Assembly (NCBI RefSeq): GCF_036321535.1
Contig: NC_087437.1
Coordinates: forward strand, 62,994,001-63,058,000
From: Camelus dromedarius
Lineage: Eukaryota
DNA: 64,000 nucleotides
Reading direction: 5' to 3'
In this document: in pieces, positions 1 through 13,174 of the stretch
Layout: the number at the start of each line of letters is the position of its first letter
Position numbering within the stretch: position 1 is the first letter of the stretch
Notes under the pieces: generated by a model
Told to the model about the DNA's origin: nothing
What the model saw: the letters and a program-made list of their open reading frames with translations, nothing else
The model's database searches: none
Position numbers and translations under genes: made by a program

Positions 1-157
1 GGGATTTACTATATAACACAGGGAACTATATTCAATATCTTCTAATAATCTATAATGGAAAATAATCTGAAAAATACATATATATAACTGAATCATTTTG
101 CTATACACCCAAAACTAACACAATATTGTAAATCAACTATATTTCAATTTAAAAAAG
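1..157 (+). mobile_element. L1 3' end (artiodactyl-type), cut by window edge
   Basis: acagggaactatattcaatatctt...actgaatcattttgctatacacc...tgtaaatcaactatatttcaatttaaaaaa; same family of 3' terminus as at ~47350-47495. Confidence 0.85.
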
Positions 158-159
158 AT

Positions 160-1060
160 TTGACACTTTATATAACAAATTCTGGCCATTTAAAAAATAT
201 TCTGGAGGTACATCTGTAAAAAGAAATTGCAGTAGAAAATGAAATGAATTTTTACCTTTTGCAAACAATGAAAGGCAACACTGAAAGGAACTTTAAATAT
301 TGCTTTCTTTGAAGGAAGAAGAGCCAACTTTTCTCTTGAATTACTTATGGTGAAATTTCAATAACAAAAAAATCAGGAGAATGCATTTGTACTTAATTTG
401 CCACATTGTGACCCCACAATTCTGTACTATAAAGGGGATGGCAAGTGTCAGGGTGCAAGGTCAAAGGTAAAACTAATCACAAACTTTCCCATGCATTGTG
501 TACTGTGGATAGTGTCGTTTTATCATTTTCATGCATACTTTAACTTTTATTAATTCCTTTTTTGAGAATGAACTGAAGCTTGGAGATAATTTTTAAAACT
601 AAAGAGCTGTCTTGGATCCTTTCATGAGTGCTTTGAAATTTATGCAATATTTTCAGATTATGATTTTTTTTTTTATTTTGTTTTGAGCAGTTAAATGTGA
701 CTTGCTTGTCTGGCACTTTATTCATGAATTTTATTTTATTCCATTTCATTTTTATCTCTAGCTTTAATAAATATTCTAAATAATATTCTAAAGCAAATTG
801 GTTAAAGAGAAACATTTCTCATCCACTAGCTCACAAATGGTTAGCTTTTATACGCCCTGAGGGTGATTCACAACTTTTAAACTTTTTTTTAAAAAGCAGT
901 TTATTTCTTTTTAAAGTCATTTTGCTTTCTTTAAAATGTCCATTTGTTTTCAGTTAGTGACACTTAGTTTACTTAATTAGCTCTACCTTTACAACTTAAA
1001 AATTGATTTATTTCATATTTAAGAGAATTTTACTTAGTTTAAACATTACTTTGACTGCCC
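160..1060 (-). mobile_element. Decayed hAT-superfamily DNA transposon remnant (Tip100-like)
   Basis: Very AT-rich block; the minus strand at 545-571 reads SFSKKELIK, resembling the hAT dimerisation-domain motif ERSFSKLKLIK. Boundaries uncertain. Confidence 0.45.
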
Positions 1061-1699
1061 TGTGATGTTATATGGCCTCCATTTAGTCCATCTTCTGCTA
1101 TTAGACCTGGATCTTGGTGACAAAATTACTTTAGCAATACATTGAGACTGAAAAAGTACCTGAGGACAGATAAACATAATCAATGTATGATGACTTCTGG
1201 CAATCTTGTTTCACATAGTTCATTCAGAGCCAGCATAGCTCTCTTGACCCTTGATGTCTCTGAACCCTGGGAGTACAATCCAGCTTCCTACATGGACTGC
1301 ACGGCAGAGAAATGACACCATCAGTGCCTGACAATTACATGACACACCGTAAATTAATGTGCAGCATTTAAGTCTAGTGAGTCTCAGAATCTGAACATCA
1401 CTGGTTGAAGAATAAATTGAGTTTCCTGCCTTACCCTGGACCCTACCAAAGTCTAAGCACCCATCGAGGTACCCCTTATTAGCTGCCTCCTACTTAATTG
1501 ATCTCATCCACAAGATCTTATTAAAAATACTCAGTTATCAGTTATAGTCAGGATAGTCCAGGATGATGGTTACTCATACCTATTTATGGCTCTGAATTAG
1601 TATTCAAGTTTCCAACAATAGGAGGTGTTTTCCTTTTTTTTTTGTCTGAGGGGTCTTCAGGATGCAGAGGAGCACATGTGGGATATGACTATCCACATA

Positions 1700-2375
1700 T
1701 TCAAGCAGGTGTTAGTCTCACTGCAGCCTAGCGCCAGGCACTAGGACAGCCCGAGGTGCAAGACTGAACAAGGCAGGTGCAGTCCTGACTCCAGGAGCGC
1801 AGGCTCGGTGGGTAATGAGCACTAGACACGAAATCACACAGTTCATCAATAACTGCAAGGGTGACAAGTGCCAACAGAAGAGAATTTCACTATGAAGAAG
1901 TGAGGTTTAGCCGAGGTCTGAGAGAGACGAGAACTTAACTAAGCTTGGAATTAAAAAGACCAGCCTGGCTTGGGTAGGCTTAAGTAGGAAACGCGCCCAG
2001 AGAGGGCAGGCACCAGGTGGCGCTCAAGCCTGGTGTGCGGAGTCCGATTCCAGCGTTCAGCCTCCAAGCCACTGAAGGGCTGAAAGGAGGACATCACTAG
2101 ATCTGCATTTAAAAATTATTGCTCTGACTGCTTTGCAGAGAATCAGTTGGAGGAAGGCAAGCACGGAGGTGGGGAACAGGAGGTTCTGGCAGAAATCCTG
2201 ACAAGAGGCGATGGTGGCTCAGGTAAGGCCAGTGGCAGTGTCTGCGGAGAGATTAGCACACAGAATGGGCAGGATTTGGTGACTGGGCATGGGGTGAGGA
2301 AGAGGCAGGGAGAAGACTGACCCCCTAGGGGTTAGGCTTGAATAACTGCGTGGAAGAGGAACTTGTCACTGGTGC
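1700..2375 (-). mobile_element. L2 LINE fragment
   Basis: Diverged L2 motifs: gccaggcactagg..., aagccactgaagggc, agatctgcatttaaaa, ggatttggtgactgg. Confidence 0.65.
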
Positions 2376-4369
2376 AGAGGCAAGTGAGTTACAAGGGACA
2401 GCACAAAAATTAAGACTTATTCTTAAGTTTTCTTTCCATTTTCATACTCACACTCTGGTTTTAATAAATGACAGGTGTGCCTCTGAACCTGAGTAGGAAG
2501 TAGCACCCAATGATAGTTGTCAATCTGATTCTGGCAAGATGTACCTTTAATTTCAAAGAAATAATTTTATACACTAAGGTTTAAAAGTAAAGTAGAAATT
2601 GTTCATAGAGCTGGGTTCTACAATAAAAAGAAATTAGGGACAAGAAATCTACCCCAAAAACACAAATTTAGGCTTACATGGAATTAATCCACGCATTCTT
2701 GAAGGGGCATTTCACTGGGATGTTTTCAAGGGACCCCTTAACCTGAAACACAAAGTCCTCTGTGACTAGCCTCATCCCCCCAACCCCACCTCCCACCCCA
2801 TGAGTTCCTGGCCCACACCTAGACACCCCAAAAGCTGTTTCTCACCTCCTGAAGTTTGCTCTTGCTATTTTTAACTTTACTTGAAATGTCCTTATCTTTC
2901 TTCCCTCTAAATAACTTCCTAGGCTCCTTCTTACTCAGCCTTTAAGCACCATCTCAAAATCTCTAGTTTTGGAAAGCCTTTTCTCTTTAACAACCCACTC
3001 AAGCTAGAGGGGTGTCACTCTTCTCGGTTCTGTTCAAACCACAATTAGTGCCCACAGGCTGATCTCTCACGAGACTCTGACCTCCTTGTGATTCCTGGAC
3101 ACAGCCTGGTCTTCAGCACAGAGTGGACTGAACTCAACTCAAACTCATCCCCCAATACACGACTTTGGGGTGAAGGTCTTCAGCTCTGTACGCCCACTGT
3201 AACTCTTTCTCATTACTTCTCTTTCTGTGTGTCCACCCTCTCCGCTGCCTCACTTGGCAGGAGATTAGCTCCTGAAGAAGTATGGGGTTTCCACTATTGT
3301 ATTCCACCCTTTCACCCCTCATTGCCCCCAGCATCACCATCAGCACTGAACACACACGAGTTACTCAATGAACGTATATAGCCGTGAATTGTCAAGTGCA
3401 AATATGGCTGGCCTACTGTCTTGCTCTACCAGCAAGAGGCCTACTCTTTGCTCTGTCACTGGGAACAGCAGCCCTGGTCAGCCTGGGACTCCTCGCCACT
3501 ATAGCAGGCAGGCAGTCTTGTAAACAACTTGTAAAGCACTTCCTCCTTTCTCATGCCCCAACTTTTCAACCAGAATTAGTCCTTTCCCAGAGCAGCCTTT
3601 TCCAAGAGAGACACTCACATCCTGAACCGGATTTGGGAGCCAATCTAACAGCCATTATGCATAATTCCCTAATCACCCCCTTTCTTCCTCATCTAATTGT
3701 GTTTATTCCAACCAGCATACAATCAAGACAGAGCACTTTTCAAGGGAGGAGACAGTCCTTTCTAGCTGCTGGGGAGAAAAGATTTTTTGAAGAGAACTAC
3801 TGATATTTTCTGAACAGCGGCCATGAATGCAAACAAGTTAATGGGAGAAAATCAAAGGCCTAGCTGATTTCTGTCCTGGGACTCTGATTTTTTTGGATTC
3901 TTCTAACATGATAGAATCTCAGTATTGGGCAAGACCTCAAGGATCACCCAGCCCAGTGCAGGAGGCCCCTGCACTTAGAGGCAACCACCTTTAGAACAAA
4001 GTTTTAAGTTGGTGTCTAAGCTCTATTTACATATAAAAGTGTTTTAGGCTCTTAAAGCATCATTGAAATGTGGCACCACTGTGATCATTCTAAGTTAAAG
4101 ACACCATAACTTACAGAGGAAGTGGGTTCTCATCCCAGCTCTGCCCCTAACCAGTTGTGGCCCAGCTAGGCCTGTGCTTTCTCCTCTGGACCTCACTGCC
4201 AAATGATAATGTCAGATAAGACCATCTCCGTACACCCCCTTCCAAAGAAAATATTTCATGATTTTATTACATTGAGGGTAAGGCAGCTCAGCTCCCCTCC
4301 TCAGAAGAGGCTACTGTCTGTGGAGGGTCTGCACTTTGTCTAGCACTAGGTCAGGGAACCCACCCATCA

Positions 4370-4540
4370 TCTCATTTATGCTACCTCACCATAGCCCTGG
4401 GATGGTGAGAGTCATTATCCCCATGTCTGGATGAAGAAAATGAGTCTCAGAGAGGTTAATTAACTTGCCTGAGCTCACACAGCTACCAAATAGTGGAGTT
4501 AGTATTCAATCCCAAGTAGTTCTGGCAACAGTGCTACTGT
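4370..4540 (-). mobile_element. MIR SINE
   Basis: MIR core reverse complement: gatgaagaaaatgagtctcagagaggttaattaacttgcctgagctcacacagct. Confidence 0.85.
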
Positions 4541-4559
4541 CTGATTCCCAGACCCTATT

Positions 4560-4960
4560 CGAGTTTTGCCATCTGTCCCGACACTGACTTTTAGAGCAAA
4601 AGGATGCAGTCCAGAGGCACATGTCATGTTCAGCTGTCCCTTTATTCTGGAAGAGTTCTTCAGGCTTCCCTTGTCTTTCCTGCCTTTGACACTTTTAACA
4701 GTTACAGACCTATTACTTTGTAAAATGTCCCTCAGTTTGGGTTTGTCTGATATTTTTTCATGATTAGAATCAGAAATATAGAAATGATTCTTGTTCTTTC
4801 CACTGCATTCTATCTGGTGGGATATAGTTTCAATTTGTTCCATTACTGGTGATGTTAACATTGATCACTTGGTCAAGGTAGTGTCTTCCAGATTTTTTTC
4901 TAGAAAAGTCACTCTTATTCCTTTGTAATGAATAAGTATATGGAGGTGGCAGTCTGAGAC
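4560..4960 (-). mobile_element. Old L1 (L1MC-like) 3'UTR fragment
   Basis: aaaatgtccctcagtttgggtttgtctgat...ttactggtgatgttaacattgatcacttggtcaaggtagtgtct, characteristic of L1MC 3' ends. Confidence 0.7.
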
Positions 4961-4999
4961 CATGGAGGTGGTAGATGCCTGATGTGCCATGAAGGACTT

Positions 5000-5320
5000 T
5001 GTACCACGCTGCTGATAGTGCCACCAGCAAGCAGACAACCCTCGGGTGTCAGTCCCCTTTGGGGATTATTACCCTTGACTGAAGAAAGTAGCTTTGCCCA
5101 AGGCCCCTTCTTACATTGACCAGTGATGGACCCCAGCATACCAAGGCCCAGACCTCATTCCACAACCTGGGACCTTCTTCAGAACACCCAGTAGGGCTGA
5201 CTAAGGATTCCCTTGAGATGACATTGTAGCTCAATGTCACCCTCTGTCTAATCTTGCTTCTTCCCTTCCCTTCCTCAGGGGTTGATTCCAAGACCATCTT
5301 CTAATAAACTTCCTCTGGGT
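5000..5320 (+). mobile_element. ERVL-type LTR fragment (LTR16/LTR33-like)
   Basis: cttcccttcc...caggggttgattccaag...ctaataaacttcct 3' portion. Confidence 0.5.
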
Positions 5321-5869
5321 AAGTTTACCTTACCCTATGTGGACACCCCCTCACCCTGCTTGGACTCCGATCCTCTAGGCTGGGCTTCCCTCTGTGCATG
5401 GATGCCCTCCTACCTCTGCCCAGGCTGTGACACTGCACACCACAGCCCCCACTCCTCACAGATGGCCTCCTTGACCTGCTCAGTGTCTGCACCTATGCGG
5501 GGCCACCATCCTCTATAGGTGTTCTATTCACCTTGCTTGGGCTTCGACACCCTGCATAAGGACTTGCATAAGCCTTTGACACCAGACTTCCCCTGCATAA
5601 GGACTCTCACTTCACTCCACTCGGGACCATCCTTCCTTGAGGACCCCCAGTGCTGGGCTGCCCTCCCACCAAAGCCATCCTCAGCCCACTTGGGCTCTGA
5701 CCTCCCTGGGCCACTGCAGCCCTCCTACCCTGTAGAGATACCTACCTCGCTCAGCCCCACTTAAGAGGGAGAGCCTCCCCTTTCTGGAAACATTTTTTCA
5801 TTAAACAAAATGGAGATGTTTTGCAAACAGATGTCCTCGGACACCATCCTCCCTGGGAATTCCCCCAGC

Positions 5870-6880
5870 TCACTGATCTCCACCGTCATCTTCTTTTCTG
5901 AATCCTTATCTTCCCAGCCTCCAAATTTTGCAATGTCTGAGGGCTCAGTTCTGGACCTCTTCTCACTCTTCTCTTACTCCGTGCACGATCTCACCCCGTT
6001 CCATGGCTTAAAATATCATCTATCTGCTGGTAATTTCCATATTCACAGTTCCAGCCTTCATTTCTCTCCTGAGATAGAGACTCCTGTACCCAACTGCCTA
6101 CTCTTCCTCTCCAACTTGGTATATAATGGGCATCTCAAACATACCTAAAACGAACTCTTTATTTCCTTCTGCCCCTACTCCCCGCCTTTCCTGGTCTTCC
6201 TTGTCTCAAAGACACCACAGTTCACCCAACTGCTCAGCCGCAAGCCTGAGAGTCTGCATTATTTGCTCTTTCCTGTGCACTGATTTCCGCCACAACCACC
6301 TAGTCCAAGCCACCATCTGTCCCTACTCAGCCCACCAGCCCTCCAAGTGGTCTTTCTCCTTTTAGTCTTGACACCCATCCACATGGTAGCCAGATCTTTA
6401 AACATAACATTTCTTTAAACATAGATCAAATCATGACACTCCTCTTATCAAAACTCTGCAATTGTTTCCCACCACACTTAAAAAATTCAAATTCTCTCCA
6501 TAGCTTTTAAGGCCTGATTTGATCTGGACCCAGTCCATTCCTTCAAACTTCTTACCCTCTTTCCCTCCTCTCTATTCACCTGGTACTCGGGCCATTCTCC
6601 TGCTTTCATGAATGCACCTAGCTTGCCCTGGTCCCAAGGACTTTGTAGGCCTCATTTCACATGCTTGGAACCTCTACTTAAACACACCCCATGGCCTATT
6701 CATTCAGCTCTCTGCTCGGATGTCACTGGCTCTCACTCTAGGGCCTCGACATGTTGGTTTGTTTGTGGCAGTGTTTTCTCTCTACCTCCTGAATGTAAGC
6801 TCCCAGTGGGCAGGGGCTTTGTTTGGTATGTCGCTGTGTCTCAAAGAGCACCTGCTGAATAAACGAGTCAATGAACTCAA
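5870..6880 (+). mobile_element. L2 LINE 3' part
   Basis: ggctcagttctggacctcttctc, catggcttaaaatatcatcta, gaatgtaagctcc...ggcagggg, ending gctgaataaacgagtcaatgaa. Confidence 0.8.
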
Positions 6881-7754
6881 CCAATCTGATTTGAGAACTT
6901 CCTTAAGGGCAAAAACCGTTCAAAGAAATGGAGATATTTTATAAATAGTTGTGAAATCAGAATCCCAACTCTCTGATCCCCTCCTCTGGCTCTCTTTGAT
7001 CAGTTGTCTTATTTGAAATATGTTATTAAGTCTGTGTCATAATTTGATCCATGATAAAACAGGCGAGACGCTTTATTATTTGAAGTAAGCTAAAGGAGTG
7101 CTCCCCCTCACCCCCGCCCCAGCCCTGGCCTCCCTACTCTGGAGAAAGCCGTTATTTTCAGGTCCCTGAAGGGGAGTTTACATGCCATCAGGTGTCAACA
7201 ACACACTGTGTTCTGTTAAAGGCTCAAGTACACACAATGTGTGAGAGCACCCAGGACAGTCCATCACATCAGTATTTCTGTCTCCTTGCTCAGCACGCTG
7301 AGCATTAGTTCTGAAGGGGGAAGTCTCATCCTCTGCTCCCCATTGGCTGTGACCAGAAAGCCTGCAGGCGCCACTTGAAAGGCCCAATTACCCACAATTC
7401 ATTTTCTATCCACTCTTTGAAACAAGCATGATCAAAATAAATGTCTTGCTATGGCAGGAAAAGCCATCAGTCTTCTGAGAGGGCTCAGCTGAAAGTCATT
7501 TGCAGGTGTACAGACCCTCCTCCCCTGAGAACCATGGTCCTTCCTCCTGACGGATGTGATGCTGAGTGGAAGCCAGCTAAGAGACCGCACCCCCACTCCC
7601 AGTTAGTCCACACCTGTCCCTTCCCAACAGGCTAAGCTGAGTAGAACACGTCCTTGTCCTTGGCACCTCCCTGAGAGAATCTCCTAACCCTGGTGCCTTT
7701 GATTCTTGTTGTGGTGTCACCACACTTCTCATCACTAAGGACTGAACCTCTCAA

Positions 7755-8660
7755 GTCAGTGCTTCTCAAACTTCAGAATGCTTCAGAATAATCACCTGGG
7801 GTTCTTTTTAAAATATAAGCACCATCTTACCCACAGATTCTGAATCGAAAAGTGTGGAATAAGGCCAGACAATCTGTTTTTAACAAGCCCCTACTCTGAC
7901 CAGATGATTTTAATGCCAGGGGCCTGAAATGGAGTCTCCCTAAAACCGAGTTCCCCGCCAAGTTTATGATTAACCTCTCTATCCAAAACTGTATTCCTGT
8001 TCTTGTCCTGCCCCTGTTCCCATCAGGACTGAAGAACTTCAAAGAAAAGAGGGGCCTGACAATGAGCAGGCCCCTGCATGGCCTTCCAGGGCCCCTCCAT
8101 GTCCCCTGTTCTTGTTTGGCCTTCCCTGAATTCCAAAAAGCAGATTCAAGCAGTTAATGATTAGAACAATGGAGTCAGAGGACTCTTAGTTCTTCCCGAA
8201 AGGATACAGATAACAATCTGACGCATCTTTGAGTTGCTCTGAAGAAACTAAGACCCCCACTGCCAACCTCACCAACCTAGCACAGGACGGTGACTACATG
8301 CTGACCACAAGCAAGCAGACTCCAGACTGGCTGGAACCAGAAGGTTGATGACTGAGATCCACCAAACATCACCCTGTTATCTCCCCACCAATCAGAAAAA
8401 TGGCTATGAGCTGATCACATATCCTGCTATCCCTACCCCTAATGTTGCCTTTAAAAACCCTTTCTTGGAAGCATCAGGGAGTTTGAGTCTTTTGAGCATG
8501 AGCTTCCTGCTCTCCTTGTTTGCTGCCCCCTGCAATAAATGCTGTACTTTCCTTCACCACAACCTGATGTCAGTAGATTGTCTTTGCTGTGAGTTGGACA
8601 AGCAGACCTGAGTTCAGTTCATTAACAGGTCCAAGGACCACATTTGAAAAATATGGTTTC
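7755..8660 (+). mobile_element. MER5A-type hAT-Charlie element split by an LTR (halves ~7755-7924 and ~8628-8660)
   Basis: Starts cagtgcttctcaaactt...agattctgaatc...tttaacaagc...gatgattttaatgc; resumes ggtccaaggaccacatttgaaaa after the LTR. Confidence 0.7.
7925..8627 (+). mobile_element. ERV1-like solo LTR
   Basis: TG...CA termini; near-TSD ggcc/ggtc; CCAAT (~8388), TATA-like cctttaaaaa (~8450), AATAAA (~8534). Confidence 0.75.
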
Positions 8661-10189
8661 ATAGTCATACATGACACCTCCCTTGTTTCCTATAAACAAA
8701 ATGTAAAGCAATTTCCAGTGATTTTTTTCATAAATATTCTCCAGTCTACCCTTGCCTCATCACCTGAGTTCATGCTGTATGGCTGCACCGTGACTGTGGC
8801 CTCAGGATCCGCCCACTCCAACCCAGTCCACCAAGTGGCATGAAATTACTGCAGACCTCCACTCTGATCACCTGTTTCCTCTGCTCAAAATCTTTCAGGA
8901 GCTCCCCACTAGTTATAAAGGGTGAGCCTTTTATCCTTTAGCCTGGTATTCAAGGTTCCAGAAGTAGCATGTTGAGGTCAAGGACATGCTGAGCACAGGT
9001 GTTATCAGAAAGCAGTGACCCTGGGTGGTGACTCTCTTGTCACTTGTTAACATAATAATTAAAAAGGAATTGAGGGTATTAAAGATGTTTAAAATTACTA
9101 TGGATCAACAAAGCCCTGTGGCTCAGTAACTCCTGAGGGACTTTCAGCGCCTTCCAGGACCCATCAGCCTCCGAGCTCTGCCAGATGGAGGCACTCAAGT
9201 CCTTCCTGGGAAGGTGCTCATCACAGAAGGATCAATGCTCAGTCAGAACAGAGTTTGCATTCATAAATTCAAAGTAAGCACCAAGGGAGAAGGCCATGAT
9301 GGGGAAGGGAAGAGAAAGCAGAAAGTAGGGCAGAGAGGAATGGAGGTGAGGTGGAGAGCACAAAGGGGTACCAAGGGTCTGTGAAATTTCCAGGCAGGAG
9401 GGTCTGAGCACATTGGGGGCAAGCCTCTAAAGCTCACTCCCCAGCCCTGCCAATTCTAGCTGGGGAGTGCTTGTAGAAGACTGGAACAGATCCTTCAGTA
9501 GCAGCTTCCTACTACAGGGAGAGGGATAGAGTGCCCCCAGCTTCGGCAGATGGGAAAGTTCCCCTATCTTCACTCCAGCCAGGAAGCAACCCTGACAAGC
9601 AGAGCCCTCCCTTTCTCCCCTCTCTACCTCCCCCAGTTCAGTTGCACCTCAACCCTTCTCTCTTTCTGGACACTCATCCTGCCCAAAGAATTATCTATTA
9701 TCTACTTGTCTATTAATGATTAGATCATCACCAGCAAAACTTACTTGAGAACTTTAATACTAAATATTACCTTGGGCAAATGGATATTATTCAAGATATA
9801 TCCTACAAAGAAAGGCATCAGCAATGCTGAGTTAACAAAATCACGGTTGTGAAAAACAAATGAGAATGGGTGGTGCCTGTTTTAGGGAAATCTGTGTTAG
9901 AGATAAATAACCATAGAGGGCAAACTTTATAAAGATGGAACAGGTGAAAAATAATGTTCAGATCTGAGTATGACTGCCTGGGTGGGTCTTACTGGACAGG
10001 CAGGCTGGGGATGAATCTCAGCTGTCAGCAGCTATATGATCTTGGGCAAGTCTCATCCTTTGGGATCGCGTTCTCTCTCGGGGCCCTTTGAGCAATGACA
10101 TTCCAGCACTAACTTATAAGCCCCTCAAGGGCAGGAGCTGTGTCTCTTTGCATTCCCATCACCTGGCATAGTGCTCCGGGCAGAGCTGA

Positions 10190-10400
10190 AAGGCTAAGAG
10201 CATAGACCTCGAGATGAGGCAAACGTGGGTTGGAATCCTTCCTCTGCCACTAGCTGTGTGACCTTGCACAAGTTTACTTAACCTTTCTAAAACTCAGTTT
10301 CCTCACCAGTAAGGTGGGCACCAGACTATCACATGCTTCATAGTGTTGGATGATTAAACAAGAAAAGATAAGTAAAGGAATTAGAAGCTCAATTACTCAC
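10190..10400 (+). mobile_element. MIR SINE
   Basis: ctctgccactagctgtgtgaccttgcacaagtttacttaacctt...ctcagtttcctca. Confidence 0.85.
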
Positions 10401-12504
10401 AAAGATGATGAATCCTGAGCTATGAACAATAAAACTTTTATAGACACATTTAATCCCAGTAACCAAACCTCAGGGTTGGAATCCAACCATCCCTCTGATG
10501 TTTGAATCTCCGCCCCAACATACCCACCAAGGAACTAACTAGTCAGCATTTCAGATTTTGAGGATGGCTCCCCTTTGTGTGTGTTCCCCCATCTATCTGA
10601 GACTATACCCTGAGCATTTTCCTTCTCGGATGCTTTAATCTTTCCTTCTTACAGGAAGAGTTCATTTCCCAACCCATCATCATTCCAGTCACCTTTTTCT
10701 AAGCATGCTGTTTGTAACCCAAAGTGCTCACCTTTTATTATGCAAAGCTGTCCACTGGAGTATATGATGCCCAAACTGGTTTAATACAATTAAGGGGCTG
10801 TAGTCACTATAGCTAGTAAAGGACTGAATATCTGGAGTTTTAAAAATTACTCTTGAATCCTTTTTACACATCCTTTGGCAGGCAAGAGCTGACAGTAAAA
10901 GCTATAACTTTCCCCCATGAGGCTCTAGAAAAACCTGATAGAAACAGGTGAGATTCATTTGTAGTACAAGAACTATGGACTTTAATATTAATATGTTCAT
11001 TCAGAATGCTAAGTCACTGAGCCAGATAAATTCTGTCATCACTGCCCCTCCCTAGCTCACCTTTGGATCACTTCAAAGCAAAACACATTGCTTTTAAGAG
11101 AGAGTATTGGAGCCTCCAATGGGTCACGTCCCACCCATACCACCAAGACCACTCCTAACCCTTCCAGCCTGACCTCCCATTACTCCTGCCAAGAGCAAGC
11201 ACCCAGTTTTATTTCCTCTTCCTCCTCCTCCCTTTCCTCTGGCTACTATAACTTATTCTTTGCTTCCTGGCCTTCCCCAGGAACACCATCCCCATCTCTT
11301 CTGCCTGAATCCAAGGACCAGTCCAAATCCCACCCCAACTGCAGGGAACTTTCTCTGCTCTGACTCCGCCAGCCCATTGTTGTCTCGCTCTTTGTCCCTG
11401 AGCCCAGATAGCCATGTGCCATCCAGACATCCTCAAGTGTAGATGTCTTCTCTCTGGCCAGCAATCTCAAGTTCTTAGCACAGGGCCTCGCACACAGTAG
11501 TTGTTCAAAAACACTTTATCAATGTATTCTTGCACAACACAGAGGAAGAAGAGGAAAGGGAGGCAGAACAAGAGGGCCTGTAGAGTGCTCAAAACACTTA
11601 CTCTGGCTATGAAAAAATGGAATGGAGTTTGCATATACCAGAAAGATCAAGACTCTAGCTACTCCCTGTTCTTCTCACGACAAAGTCAGCTCTACCTGGT
11701 CTTAGAAGGAGTCCTTTACTCCCCTGGGAAGCCGCAGGAGTTAGGAGAGAATAACGGAAAGTTAAAGGTTGGCAACAGCTCTTTTGGCTGTTGGTCAGTA
11801 CTGTCCCACTCCAAACTGGAAAAACAATAGCACCGAAAATTATTCCACCAGCAATCAATGGCAGGTGGGCCCGTCTATGTCCTTCTGCAGCTTAATGAAC
11901 CCAAGTCCCAGTTTGATCCTTAGGGTGACTTATTTCCACTGTCCTCAAGCCCAGGGGGGAAGAGAATGCTAAGTGTACACCTGTTGGCACCCAAGGGACA
12001 TCTACACAGAGATGATGTGTCAGGCCAATTTTAGCTGCAGATGTTTAAATGGAATCTTTTTTCACTAGTGTCTATCTTTGGTTTCAACTTCTCTACTGTG
12101 CTTTGGGTCAAGGTATTCCTATTTGGGCAAAGGCCATGCCCAGAAATGGCAGCAAACAAGGAGTCAGGTGGGGAGAGGCAGGCTCACTCTGCCCTCTCCC
12201 TCTGCTAGCAGGAGGCCCTGTCTCTTTCTCTTCTGTCTATCCCCGTACCCTCCTCTTTCCCTTTCTCCTTCCAGCTGGTGTGTGTCTGTTTCTCTGCATT
12301 CTGTCCTTAAATCTCTCTTCTCTTTCCCTTCCCCCATTGTCTGTCTCTGTCTCTCCCTCTCTCTGTCTGTTTTGGGGTGTGTGTGTGTCTGTCTGTCTGT
12401 CCCCTCTCTATGTAAGTGTGCATGTGTGCTCCCTGTCTCTCCGTTCTCCTCCAGCTGTCTGCCTGCCTGTGACGGATGCCAGGTGCAGGGAAGCGGTCTC
12501 TCAC

Positions 12505-12735
12505 CTGCTGGACATCTTGCTGGAAGACGCAGAGCTGCAGCCGCTGGTGGAGCCGCACCTTGCGGTGCTGCCAGATGCTCTCGAGCCGCCGCTGGTGGTG
12601 CAGCACCTCGTGCACCACGTCCAGCACCTGGTGCACTGCCTTGGAGTAGTTGGCTGTGGCCGTGAGGGACTCGGAGTTCCCAGGACTTAGGGGACGCTGC
12701 AGCACATCCAGCAGCGCTTTGCCATCCTGGCTGAC
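12505..12735 (-). CDS. KALRN: Kalirin internal coding exon (probably exon 9), 231 nt, VSQDGKALLD...CVFQQDVQQ
   Basis: Acceptor ccttctttccctcttgcag|GTC; donor CAG|gtgaga; 77 codons; IWQHRKVRLHQRLQLCVFQQD is typical of Trio/kalirin spectrin repeats. Confidence 0.97.
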
Positions 12736-13174
12736 CTGCAAGAGGGAAAGAAGGTCAAGTCAAGGGAGCAGAGGGGTGAGGGGCACAGAGAGGGCATGAG
12801 AGGCTGTGGAGGGTCCCTGATCAGGACTGAGAACCTCAGTGCTATCTAGACCCATGACAACCAAGGACTGTGCTAGCGAGAGCTGCCAGGTCCCCAGCCT
12901 GCACCTAGGGAGGGCGGAGAGTCCTGGATCCTATGGGAGAGGAGTTGCGGGAGCAGCAGCCAGTGGTCTACGAGACCTCAAATCAGTGCCTCTTGACCCT
13001 GCCTTATCTCTCCCCAACACCTAGGACTGTACCTGACATTTGATACTTGATAAATATTCTGACTGGCTCACTGACTAGCTCAGCAGCAGAATTTCATTTC
13101 AGAAATAAAATTGATACCATAAACCTCTCTCCCTCTTCCTTCTTTACCTTCCTTGACCTACCTCTAAACTTCTA

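Noticed and set aside
5325..5765. CRISPR-like repeat-spacer array
   Set aside because: Units are highly degenerate with no unique spacers or cas genes, in a mammalian intron.
12049..12690. 213-aa plus-strand ORF (and overlapping 195-aa ORF)
   Set aside because: Antisense shadow of the GC-rich KALRN exon plus stop-poor CT/GT simple repeats; no recognisable domain.
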